Virus record (IMG/VR): IMGVR_UViG_3300012668_000254
Span: 1 to 38,028 of that record
From: a virus
DNA length: 38,028 bases
Direction: 5' to 3' (one strand)
The stretch's first letter is position 1. Each line of letters opens with the position of its first letter. Below the pieces are notes generated by a model. That model did not search any database. It was given only the letters and a program-made list of their open reading frames with translations, and was not told the DNA's origin. Shown piece by piece: positions 24,567 through 31,310 of this stretch. The position numbers and the translations under genes are program-made.

Positions 24567-24590
24567 AGGCCCATCACGAATGATGGGCCT
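24567..24590 (-). terminator. Rho-independent terminator, minus-strand orientation favoured
   Basis: aggcccatca-cgaa-tgatgggcct, a perfect 10-bp GC-rich stem. On the minus strand it is followed by TTCTTTTTTT. Confidence 0.65.
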
Positions 24591-24743
24591 ATATATGGAG
24601 AACTCTAGGGGAGTGTCTCAATACGATCAATCTAACAGGACTGATCATATACTGTAAACGAAAAGTGTTTTTAAAACAACAATTTTCTGAGATAACTTCC
24701 TAGAGTCCTCCTTATTAAAAAAATAACTAATAAGGATGACATC

Positions 24744-25580
24744 ATGAAAATATTCGCACCAACCTACACACAAACTCCAAATGATCTATTTGATTCATGG
24801 CTTCCCCACTTAAAAGAAGTTGAGTTAAAAGTTATACTTGTCATCATGAGAAAAACATTGGGATGGCATAAAATAAGAGATCGGATCAGTATTTCACAAC
24901 TTCAAAAACTAACAGGATCAACAGCCACAAACATTATAATTTCTATAGATGGTTTGATTGAAAAAGGCCTCATAACAAAAGAAGTTGTTGGAGAAATAGG
25001 AACACAAAAGACATTTTATGAACTTGTTATACACGAAAATTCAAATAATTCTTACCCCTGTCAATCTAGCAGCCCCCCCCCTGCTAATTTAAGAGGGGGT
25101 ACCCCTGCTAATTTAGCAGGCACAAAAGAAACAGCTAAAAAAACTAATCAAAAGAAACAACAACAGGAAAATGCTGCTGTTTTTTTTGATTCTTTAAAAA
25201 ATGTTGAAATCGACGAAGATGAAAAAGTTTGGCTTAGCAAAAATTACGATGAGCAAACCATTAATCATGCAATCGCTTATGCAACAAATCCAAATACAAA
25301 AATTAAAACTTCTCTGATTCAAGCCATTAAGTGGGCGTGCATAAAAAAACCACAAATACCAACTTCCAAAGAAGAAGAAGCGCAAAAAAACAAAGAATTT
25401 GCCATCCAAGTGAAGAATGATTCTATCATTCCTTTAGGATGCCAATTTGAAGTTTTAAATAAAATGATAGAAATTACTTTTGGTGGAAATTCTTCTTGTT
25501 TTGTTTTAGAATATCTAGATTCTAACTTCAAAGAAAAATTTAAAGATGCACTTAGAAAATATAGGATTGTACCAGAATAA
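24744..25580 (+). CDS. Replication initiator (phage replication protein O-like N-terminal winged helix)
   Basis: TQTPNDLFDSWLPHLKEVELKVILVIMRKTLGWHK...ISISQLQKLTGSTATNIIISIDGLIEKGLI matches the phage O-type / Phage_rep_org_N pattern. Pro/Lys-rich linker in the middle. Confidence 0.7.
   Translation: MKIFAPTYTQTPNDLFDSWLPHLKEVELKVILVIMRKTLGWHKIRDRISISQLQKLTGSTATNIIISIDGLIEKGLITKEVVGEIGTQKTFYELVIHENSNNSYPCQSSSPPPANLRGGTPANLAGTKETAKKTNQKKQQQENAAVFFDSLKNVEIDEDEKVWLSKNYDEQTINHAIAYATNPNTKIKTSLIQAIKWACIKKPQIPTSKEEEAQKNKEFAIQVKNDSIIPLGCQFEVLNKMIEITFGGNSSCFVLEYLDSNFKEKFKDALRKYRIVPE
25054..25115 (+). repeat. Three phased iteron-like repeats (A)CCCCTG(C)TAATTTA inside the initiator gene: candidate origin
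   Basis: Exact 14-mers CCCCTGCTAATTTA at 25078-25091 and 25102-25115, and a 12/15 copy at 25054-25068, spaced 23-24 nt. The second exact copy forms the palindrome cctgcta-att-tagcagg. An A-rich tract follows. Confidence 0.5.
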
Positions 25581-25593
25581 AAGGGAAATATAA

Positions 25594-25839
25594 ATGAAGA
25601 AAAACACAAAAGATATTTTTGATAAAATAGTTAAAACTAAAAGAATGCTGAAAGATTTGACAATCAGAGATAAAATTATTTTTTTAACAGAATTAACTGG
25701 AACTTTTTTAGCATCTACGAAAATTGTAATAGGAATTGATTTTTCAGAAATGATGATAGAAGATATCAGGCAGGTTATGCATAGTTGCTTAAAAAATTGC
25801 AATCAATCTCCCAATTGTACGGAAAAACCGAATAGTTGA
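25594..25839 (+). CDS. Hypothetical protein
   Basis: ORF in series with the early rightward operon. Confidence 0.5.
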   Translation: MKKNTKDIFDKIVKTKRMLKDLTIRDKIIFLTELTGTFLASTKIVIGIDFSEMMIEDIRQVMHSCLKNCNQSPNCTEKPNS

Positions 25840-25900
25840 ATTTCATACTAGAAAATATTTTAATTTTTCGGTAGTGTAAAAATAAATACAGGAGGTGTTT

Positions 25901-26221
25901 ATGAAGCACGTTTTAAACGTCGATGTATGCGAAAAGGATGGTGAGTATGTAATTATACTATACCAAGATAAAAAATCGACTACGTTTAAAGTAAACACCA
26001 TTTCTGAAGGTTTTGAGAAAATAGATGAATTGGTTTCTCATGATAACATATGTTTTATCAATAAAGAGAAACGAATGCGAGAATATTTTAAGAAGCTTGG
26101 AATAGAGGAAAAGTTTTATATACATTGCATTGCATGTGACAAATCTTGGCCCTCAGAAAATTGGCCACAAAGCTTTAAAGATTTTGTTTGTGAAGATCAT
26201 AAAAAAAAAGTTTGTAAATGA
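25901..26221 (+). CDS. Hypothetical protein with C-terminal Cys/His cluster
   Basis: GGAGG sits 5 nt upstream of ATG 25901. The track start at 25895 is a GTG inside the spacer. Confidence 0.55.
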   Translation: MKHVLNVDVCEKDGEYVIILYQDKKSTTFKVNTISEGFEKIDELVSHDNICFINKEKRMREYFKKLGIEEKFYIHCIACDKSWPSENWPQSFKDFVCEDHKKKVCK

Positions 26222-26586
26222 AATTTCTAATCCCAATAAAAACAGTAAGTGAAGCAAATAAAAGTAGCGAGCATTGGACAACAAAACACAAACGTCATAA
26301 ATTTCAGAAATATGCTATCGATTTGTATATGTCGAGCGAAGTAAATATGTCTTGTTTACCTTGTACAATCATAATGACACGAATAGCACCCAGGATGCTA
26401 GATAGTGATGATAATCTTCCTATGGCCTTTAAAAACATAAAAGATTACATCTGCAACCTTTTAATCCCAGGAAAGAAAATAGGTAGGGCAGACTCAGACC
26501 CACGAATCAAAGTTAAATATGCACAAAGAAAAGGAAAGCCAAAAGAATATGGCGTCGAAATTGAAATCGAAAGTAATCAAAATTAA
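26218..26586 (+). CDS. RusA-like Holliday-junction resolvase (tentative)
   Basis: SEANKSSEHW...K near the N-terminus and MLDSDDNLPMAFKNIKDYI resemble the RusA DxDN...K..D core. Call rests on position and memory only. Confidence 0.5.
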   Translation: MKFLIPIKTVSEANKSSEHWTTKHKRHKFQKYAIDLYMSSEVNMSCLPCTIIMTRIAPRMLDSDDNLPMAFKNIKDYICNLLIPGKKIGRADSDPRIKVKYAQRKGKPKEYGVEIEIESNQN

Positions 26587-26749
26587 TGATTTTGTCATTG
26601 ATTTGTCTCATATATGCTGTATCCAAAAGTCTGAAAAACTATTAAGATTTGTATTTTTAAAAGAATTCGACTTTCATATATATCTTGCTACAGAAAGAGA
26701 CGCAGACACAATTTTAGAAAAATGCTATCAAATGATGAAAGGGGATTAA
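26549..26749 (+). CDS. Hypothetical protein
   Basis: ORF overlapping the end of the resolvase-like gene. Start is uncertain (26519 or 26549). Confidence 0.45.
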   Translation: MASKLKSKVIKINDFVIDLSHICCIQKSEKLLRFVFLKEFDFHIYLATERDADTILEKCYQMMKGD

Positions 26750-26877
26750 TGAATTCAATACATAATGCTTTGATTAGGATACATAATTATATTTATCCTC
26801 CATCAAAACAAAAGACAAAAGAGCTAAAAATATTTGAAATACAATATGTTCAAACATGCGAAAAATGCAAAAAATAA
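26749..26877 (+). CDS. 42-aa hypothetical protein ending ...CEKCKK, followed in frame by a further open stretch
   Basis: TAATG coupling to the upstream ORF. A single TAA (26875-77) separates it from 50 more sense codons with no start codon of their own. Confidence 0.35.
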   Translation: MNSIHNALIRIHNYIYPPSKQKTKELKIFEIQYVQTCEKCKK

Positions 26878-27134
26878 CTCAAGTTTAAAGATAAAAGAGT
26901 ATCTAAAGTATCTTCCGATTCGTCATCAGTAAGTGAAGTCGCTAAAAAAATTGAGAAGCACTATAAAGATCAGATGGTTAGTGATCAATCCGAGGAATGG
27001 AAGTTTTCTGAAGAGAGTTCATTTTAGTGACAGATTTTCAAATTTTCTGTATTTCTGAATTGATTTTTTGTTTAATGAGTTTGATTTTTGGATTTCTTTT
27101 CTTATTTTGGTTCTGCAATCGCATATAGATACTT

Positions 27135-27299
27135 TCAAACTCCATTTTTTATCCCTATAGCTTTACATCCACATTTTTTGTTATGTTTTTTTGGACGCTT
27201 AGAGCAGTAAAGGCAGTCAGAATCATTACATATAGATTCTATCCATGTACCATCCTTTAAATAATAACTATCCCAGTTAGCACAATAGCTATTTGCCAT
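27135..27299 (-). CDS. Cys-rich small protein
   Basis: Start taken at MANSYCANWDSYY..., overlapping the upstream stop. 7 Cys in 54 aa. Confidence 0.45.
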   Translation of the reverse strand: MANSYCANWDSYYLKDGTWIESICNDSDCLYCSKRPKKHNKKCGCKAIGIKNGV

Positions 27300-27492
27300 A
27301 GCATAATCCTCTTTCGATATGTTGAATTCTATCTTCAAGCTCTAAGATGCGTTTCGTAAGTTCGCCATTCTTAGCAAATAAACCACGCCTGACTTTGTCA
27401 GAAGATTGCTTCACAGCAATCATTTCTAATCTCAAATGATCAATTTCACACTGTTCCAAACTTTTAAATAAATCTAATTGTATTGCGTACAT
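27289..27492 (-). CDS. Hypothetical coiled-coil protein
   Basis: First ORF downstream of the extended -10 promoter at 27531-38. Confidence 0.5.
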   Translation of the reverse strand: MYAIQLDLFKSLEQCEIDHLRLEMIAVKQSSDKVRRGLFAKNGELTKRILELEDRIQHIERGLCYGK

Positions 27493-27530
27493 ATTTACTT
27501 TTAATGTTCATTGCTTTACGAATAAGATAT

Positions 27531-27538
27531 ACTATACA
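27531..27538 (-). promoter_or_regulatory. Extended -10 element TGTATAGT (minus strand); overlaps a plus-strand TATACA -10 candidate
   Basis: The minus strand reads aaaatttGTATAGTatatc, 32 nt upstream of ATG 27492. On the plus strand, TTGCTT-16nt-TATACA precedes the 27554 gene. Confidence 0.4.
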
Positions 27539-27553
27539 AATTTTGAGGTTTTT

Positions 27554-27733
27554 ATGCGAATGATTTTTATTGAAGTAATTGTATTTTCATGGCTTTCCAT
27601 AATGCTTACGTCTTGTACGATAAGTTTTCAAAACATTAGTACTCATGGATATGCGAATGATTTAGTCGATGACGAATTTAAGAATGATCCAGATGTCAAA
27701 CCGAGTTTTACGATCCCAGCTACAGTAATGTAA
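27554..27733 (+). CDS. 59-aa lipoprotein
   Basis: GAGG RBS. MRMIFIEVIVFSWLSIMLTSC carries a canonical lipobox L-T-S-C. Below the ORF-track cut-off. Confidence 0.55.
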   Translation: MRMIFIEVIVFSWLSIMLTSCTISFQNISTHGYANDLVDDEFKNDPDVKPSFTIPATVM

Positions 27734-27746
27734 AGCTACTTTACAT
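27728..27746 (+). repeat. Hairpin repeat variant: ATGTAAA-GCTAC-TTTACAT
   Basis: Same 7-bp arms and same 3' flank (TG) as the exact copies, with a different 5-nt loop. Spans the stop codon of the lipoprotein gene. Confidence 0.75.
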
Positions 27747-27762
27747 TGAGATAAGTTAAAAC

Positions 27763-27788
27763 CGTGCAGTGAATGTTGGCACTGCACG
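27763..27788. terminator. Stem-loop cgtgcagtg / 8 nt / cactgcacg between convergent units
   Basis: Perfect 9-bp stem 30 nt after the lipoprotein stop. The flanks are A/T-rich but there is no clean U-tract. Confidence 0.45.
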
Positions 27789-27846
27789 TAAAGGAAATAT
27801 TTAGAAAATATCGTTATGATTAGCTTAGCAAAAAAAGACAATATTA

Positions 27847-28017
27847 TCAATCTTCAAAATCAATATTTTCATAGTAATCTAAAAATCTTATACAAAATCT
27901 CATTTCTTCAGAACCATGCTTTGCTTCTTTCAGTAAATCACATGTCATTTCAAACATTTTTCTAGAAACTTCTCTAAAATTTTCTTTATATGAATTTTCA
28001 CATAATTTGTTTTGCAT
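27847..28017 (-). CDS. 56-aa hypothetical protein
   Basis: Hand-translated: MQNKLCENSYKENFREVSRKMFEMTCDLLKEAKHGSEEMRFCIRFLDYYENIDFED. Confidence 0.4.
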   Translation of the reverse strand: MQNKLCENSYKENFREVSRKMFEMTCDLLKEAKHGSEEMRFCIRFLDYYENIDFED

Positions 28018-28156
28018 AAATTCCTCTTAATCGATAATATAAAATCAGAACGTGAAATCCTGCTTTTTTCTCATGAAAAGTTTAAGATAGATAGTTTGTT
28101 TATATAGAGCGATTCTTTTTTTCCCTTTGTTTGTGGGGGCTAGCGTGTAAAAAGCG

Positions 28157-28339
28157 CTAGTCTTTTTTCATATTCTTCTTAATTACAATTAAATTTTCAA
28201 TCCTATTATCTAGTGGATCACTATTTATATGATACACATGCTCACTTTGATCTAAAATACGCCCTAAATGTTCTTCCATGATATGTCTATGAATACGTTT
28301 TTTTTGACCATTTATCGTTTTATAGGGGTAACCGTTCAT
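28157..28339 (-). CDS. Small HNH endonuclease
   Basis: RIHRHIMEEHLGR...HVYHINSDPLDNRIENL (H-N-N/H pattern). Start taken at MNGYPYK. The MEDYV extension in the track is an alternate-frame read of the upstream paralog motif. Confidence 0.7.
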   Translation of the reverse strand: MNGYPYKTINGQKKRIHRHIMEEHLGRILDQSEHVYHINSDPLDNRIENLIVIKKNMKKD

Positions 28340-28550
28340 TTTTTGCCTCAATTTTACATAATCTTCCATGGAAATCTTTCATTTCATAGTGCATTGTTTT
28401 TATATCTTCCCTAATCGCATTGTATAAAGATAGATAGAAACCAAACATCGTGAATAAAATCACTAAATTAAACCCCACAATAGATACAATTTGTATGATA
28501 TCTGTTTTTTTTGAGTGATAATAGGATTTGTTTTTATTTTTATTTGACAT
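28320..28550 (-). CDS. Small N-terminal-TM protein with MKDFHGRLCKIEAK motif (family member 5, unlinked copy)
   Basis: TM helix IIQIVSIVGFNLVILFTMFGFYL, then EMKDFHGRLCKIEAKNE. Shares 31 identical nt with member 2. Confidence 0.7.
   Translation of the reverse strand: MSNKNKNKSYYHSKKTDIIQIVSIVGFNLVILFTMFGFYLSLYNAIREDIKTMHYEMKDFHGRLCKIEAKNERLPL
28355..28385. repeat. 31-nt exact repeat shared with 8426..8456
   Basis: tacataatcttccatggaaatctttcatttc occurs at both loci and encodes EMKDFHGRLC on the minus strand. Confidence 0.9.
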
Positions 28551-28551
28551 T

Positions 28552-28689
28552 TTAGACCTCTAGAATTTGTTTTTTTATAAGGTCATTCATGAATTCTTTA
28601 ATCGTAATTCCACGTTCTATACACATAACTTTTATCTTTTTATGTATTACCGCTTCAACTTGGATGTGTATTGATGGATTTTTTTTCAT
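28552..28689 (-). CDS. 45-aa ribbon-helix-helix (Arc/CopG-like) protein
   Basis: Hand-translated: MKKNPSIHIQVEAVIHKKIKVMCIERGITIKEFMNDLIKKQILEV, a beta-strand then two helices as in RHH repressors. AAGGA RBS. Its stop is 1 nt before the next ATG. Confidence 0.55.
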   Translation of the reverse strand: MKKNPSIHIQVEAVIHKKIKVMCIERGITIKEFMNDLIKKQILEV

Positions 28690-28720
28690 TTTCTTATCCT
28701 TTTTTATGTGTTAATTTATA

Positions 28721-28728
28721 ATTATACA
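28721..28728 (-). promoter_or_regulatory. Extended -10 promoter TGTATAAT (minus strand) for the RHH operon
   Basis: The minus strand reads ttgttgttaaataatgtattttTGTATAATtat, about 30 nt upstream of ATG 28689. Confidence 0.5.
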
Positions 28729-28818
28729 AAAATACATTATTTAACAACAAGCTTTTTTTACATAAAACTTGTTTTTTTAGAGTAAAAGAATTAGTTTACA
28801 AGTAAAAAAGGACTTATA

Positions 28819-29271
28819 ATGACAGCTGGAAGACCTCGTACCGTATCTCTTGAACCAAAGGAAATGATTAAACTTGGCGAAGAAATGTTGCAATGGTTAG
28901 TGGATAATAAGGCTATACATGTAAAACAATGGTATAGCTTAGAAAAAGGGATATCAAAGAAACAATGGAAAATGATGATTGATTTACCTGAATTTACCCC
29001 CTATTATGAGTTAGCTCTCAATTTAGTATCCATTAAATACATTGATGGAACAATAAATAACTCAATCGCTCAACGTTTTATACGTCATTATTTCGAAGAA
29101 GTTAGAACAGATGATACAATACAAAAACAAGAAGATCAGCAATTCCAAAAAGACTTAGCAGCATTTGTTCATACTATGCGTAAAGAGATGACTGAAACGG
29201 TTTCAGAAGATGTAAAAGCTCAATTCGACTCTCTTATGAATCAAATTACTAGAATGCAGAGTAAGAAATGA
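28819..29271 (+). CDS. Terminase small subunit-like protein
   Basis: The N-terminus MTAGRPRTVSLEPKEMIKLGEEMLQWL is typical of TerS HTH N-termini. 150 aa, helical C-terminal half. AAGGA RBS. Confidence 0.5.
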   Translation: MTAGRPRTVSLEPKEMIKLGEEMLQWLVDNKAIHVKQWYSLEKGISKKQWKMMIDLPEFTPYYELALNLVSIKYIDGTINNSIAQRFIRHYFEEVRTDDTIQKQEDQQFQKDLAAFVHTMRKEMTETVSEDVKAQFDSLMNQITRMQSKK

Positions 29272-29292
29272 CAAATTACAGTATAGAGAAAG

Positions 29293-29463
29293 ATGCAATA
29301 TAAAACATGTGGAAAATGTAAAGTTGAAAAAGAACAACATTCTATCGATATGAGATTTAGCAATATCGTAAGTAGATGGTTATGTAAAGATTGTTTTCAA
29401 TTGTGTATCAATAAGTTTCATGAATTCAAAGAAGAATTTTTAAATGAAAACATTGACATATAA
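29293..29463 (+). CDS. 56-aa zinc-ribbon protein (CGKC...CKDC)
   Basis: Hand-translated: MQYKTCGKCKVEKEQHSIDMRFSNIVSRWLCKDCFQLCINKFHEFKEEFLNENIDI. Confidence 0.45.
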   Translation: MQYKTCGKCKVEKEQHSIDMRFSNIVSRWLCKDCFQLCINKFHEFKEEFLNENIDI

Positions 29464-29626
29464 TTAAAAGTTTAATTATATACTATAAATTCGTAGGCAT
29501 ACGTTAAATGCATCGCGTAAGAGTGTTTCGCATCACTCGACAAAAGATAATAAAGAAACGACTGTAAGTTAGGCTCGGTCACCGTCTTTATATCACTCCT
29601 TGAACCTCATCTATGAGGTAATAATT

Positions 29627-29917
29627 ATGATTACGACAACAGGGAATTTGGGCCCTATGATCTTGCAGTCGCTTGCGCCTGCCATGTTATACGTTCCTAC
29701 TCCTACAATGAACTATATCACTATAGCAGACAAGGTTTCTATGCCTGCAAATGGTGGTACAACTTGCAGGTTTATGCGTCCACGTGCGCTTACTCCTCCA
29801 ACTATTCAACTTGGTAATGCGGGTATTGATCCCCCAGCCCAAGTGCCTCAAAGAGATATCATAGACGCACAAATGGCGTTTTTTGGAACAGGTGAAGAAG
29901 TTTACTCGTATGAAGTT
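29627..29917 (+). CDS. Major capsid protein, exon 1 (3' boundary approximate, 29911-29923)
   Basis: GAGG RBS. MITTTGNLGPMILQSLAPAML...MPANGGTTCRFMRPRALTPPTIQLGNAGIDPPAQVPQRDIIDAQMAFFGTGEEVYSYEV resembles HK97-fold (N4-gp56/T7-gp10-like) capsid N-terminal halves. The frame stops at 29924-26 with the C-terminal half missing. Confidence 0.7.
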
Positions 29918-29952
29918 TCTGCATAATTGATTTGATCATAATATGTAAACCA

Positions 29953-29961
29953 TGTTATAGT
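29953..29961 (+). promoter_or_regulatory. Extended -10-like TGTTATAGT upstream of the intron-1 endonuclease gene
   Basis: Lies 33 nt upstream of ATG 29994, followed by a GGAAGGA RBS. Weak evidence. Confidence 0.3.
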
Positions 29962-29993
29962 ATGACCAGTAAATTTAAAACTGGAAGGATTTC

Positions 29994-30914
29994 ATGGAAA
30001 GAAGTAAGGAAGATTTAATGTATTCATATGCTGCTGGAGCCATAGATGTCGATGGGTCAATTTACTTAGTAAAAGAAAGTAATTTGCATATCCCATTCAT
30101 TCAGTTGGTGAAAAAATTTGGCTCGCTTATCTCTTCATTTAAAAATGATTTTGGTGGTATGACAGGATCTTTAAAAGCAAGACAGCCTCATCATGCACCA
30201 CTTCATTATTGGAGATTAAAAGGTTCTGAAAATTGCAGAGACTTTCTTTTGAAAGTTGTTCAATTTTTAGTCTATAAGAAGGAAAGGGCTGAAGTTTTGT
30301 CTGAATATATTGAAAAGAATCCATTTGTGAGAGGAAAAACACTTAGCGTTGAACAGTTAATTGAGCGTGAAAAGTACCATGTTAAATTAGGCACATTAAA
30401 TGATGAAGCTTATTTAAAAAACATCTCCATGACAGCAAAAACTCATCAGAATACTTATGATGAGGCTTTTTGGTCATATGTAGCGGGTGTTATGGATACT
30501 GACGGTTCATTTTCTGTAAAAAGACAAAAAGGGCATTCTGAAACAAAAAACCTTCGATATATACCCTGCATTCAAATGTCTATGGCATCCTTAAATGTCA
30601 TAAACCACATAAGAAAAAACTGTATATTTGGTACCGTCTGTGTAGTCAAAAATAAAAGTTGCTCACGTGGGTTTCATTATTCCTGGAGTATTGGTAAGAA
30701 GCAGGATTCTGCTGAATTTATCGAAAAGATTCTTCCTTATTTAAAAGAAAAAAAAGATCAAGCAATGATTCTTTTAGACTTTTGCAAAAATGCAGAAAAC
30801 ACAAAATTTTGCAAAGCAGGGATTTCTGAAAAGGAATTAGAGTTTAGAGAATCATGTTATCAAAAAATTGTAGCATTAAATAAGAGAGGCAGCCTGTTGT
30901 GTGAAACTCAATAA
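29994..30914 (+). CDS. Double-motif LAGLIDADG homing endonuclease
   Basis: Two dodecapeptide motifs: YAAGAIDVDGSIYL and YVAGVMDTDGSFSV. 306 aa. Out of frame with the capsid exon. Confidence 0.9.
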   Translation: MERSKEDLMYSYAAGAIDVDGSIYLVKESNLHIPFIQLVKKFGSLISSFKNDFGGMTGSLKARQPHHAPLHYWRLKGSENCRDFLLKVVQFLVYKKERAEVLSEYIEKNPFVRGKTLSVEQLIEREKYHVKLGTLNDEAYLKNISMTAKTHQNTYDEAFWSYVAGVMDTDGSFSVKRQKGHSETKNLRYIPCIQMSMASLNVINHIRKNCIFGTVCVVKNKSCSRGFHYSWSIGKKQDSAEFIEKILPYLKEKKDQAMILLDFCKNAENTKFCKAGISEKELEFRESCYQKIVALNKRGSLLCETQ

Positions 30915-31241
30915 GGTTAGAGATCACATAAAACTTGGCTATATGCTGGAAACCCCTAAAACCTTCGGTACCTAAATGGTGACAATCTGAAGGATATTAC
31001 AATGGGCAATCAGCAGGGAAGACTCGAAAGAGAACCCTCAACGACTACACGCCAGGCACTCTGTAACCGCAGAAGTGAAGATATAGTCTGAACAGTGGTG
31101 AGAGCCATTGAGAGAGGAATAACAAGACTCTCCGCCTAGAAATAGGTCACAAAAGTAACAGTTAGTGCATTATAAATGAGCAAGTTATTTTGCAAGATCA
31201 AGAGGGTGAAGGACTTACGTTCGAAATGTACGCCCTCTTAG

Positions 31242-31310
31242 CTGTGGCGTAAATTGGTACTAGCTTGGGTATCCGAAAGGTTAGCCGTAGCTATGCGTCA
31301 AGCCGAGGAT
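31242..31310 (+). CDS. Major capsid protein, exon 2 (69-nt mini-exon)
   Basis: The only open frame ending at the P1 junction gives LWRKLVLAWVSERLAVAMRQAED, which continues seamlessly into exon 3 (LLILRDYIV...). This fits the conserved capsid pattern L-G-x-x-x-A-x-x-x-D-x-x-x-x-R-D. The 5' boundary could be 31242, 31245 or 31248. Confidence 0.6.

Larger units (their letters stand above)
29918..31241 (+). mobile_element. Group I intron 1 in the capsid gene, carrying a LAGLIDADG gene between P1 and P3
   Basis: Core downstream of the ORF: P3 cttggc (30934-39) / gccagg (31051-56); near-canonical R element tcaacgactaca (31038-49); S element aagatatagtc (31078-88); GAAA-capped hairpin ccta-gaaa-tagg; shared tail tcacaaaagtaacag; terminal 8-bp hairpin 31201-31238. 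The 5' splice site is not resolved. Confidence 0.7.

Noticed and set aside
27027-27131. 33-codon hydrophobic ORF (GTG start) upstream of the 27135 convergent gene
   Set aside because: It has no RBS and a non-ATG start, and it lies in a T-rich tract where hydrophobic frames arise by composition. It is too weak to report as a feature.
28138-28168. Plus-strand terminator-like hairpin (gctagcg...cgctagtc followed by TTTTTT)
   Set aside because: It overlaps the last codons and stop of the minus-strand HNH gene, and no plus-strand gene ends nearby. It may be fortuitous or a weak insulator, so it is not listed as a feature.
29464-29500. T4-type late promoter TATAAATA-like strings (29484 region, 31168, 32066)
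   Set aside because: Such A/T octamers are expected by chance in AT-rich DNA, two of them lie inside intron structure, and no gp55-like sigma factor is visible.
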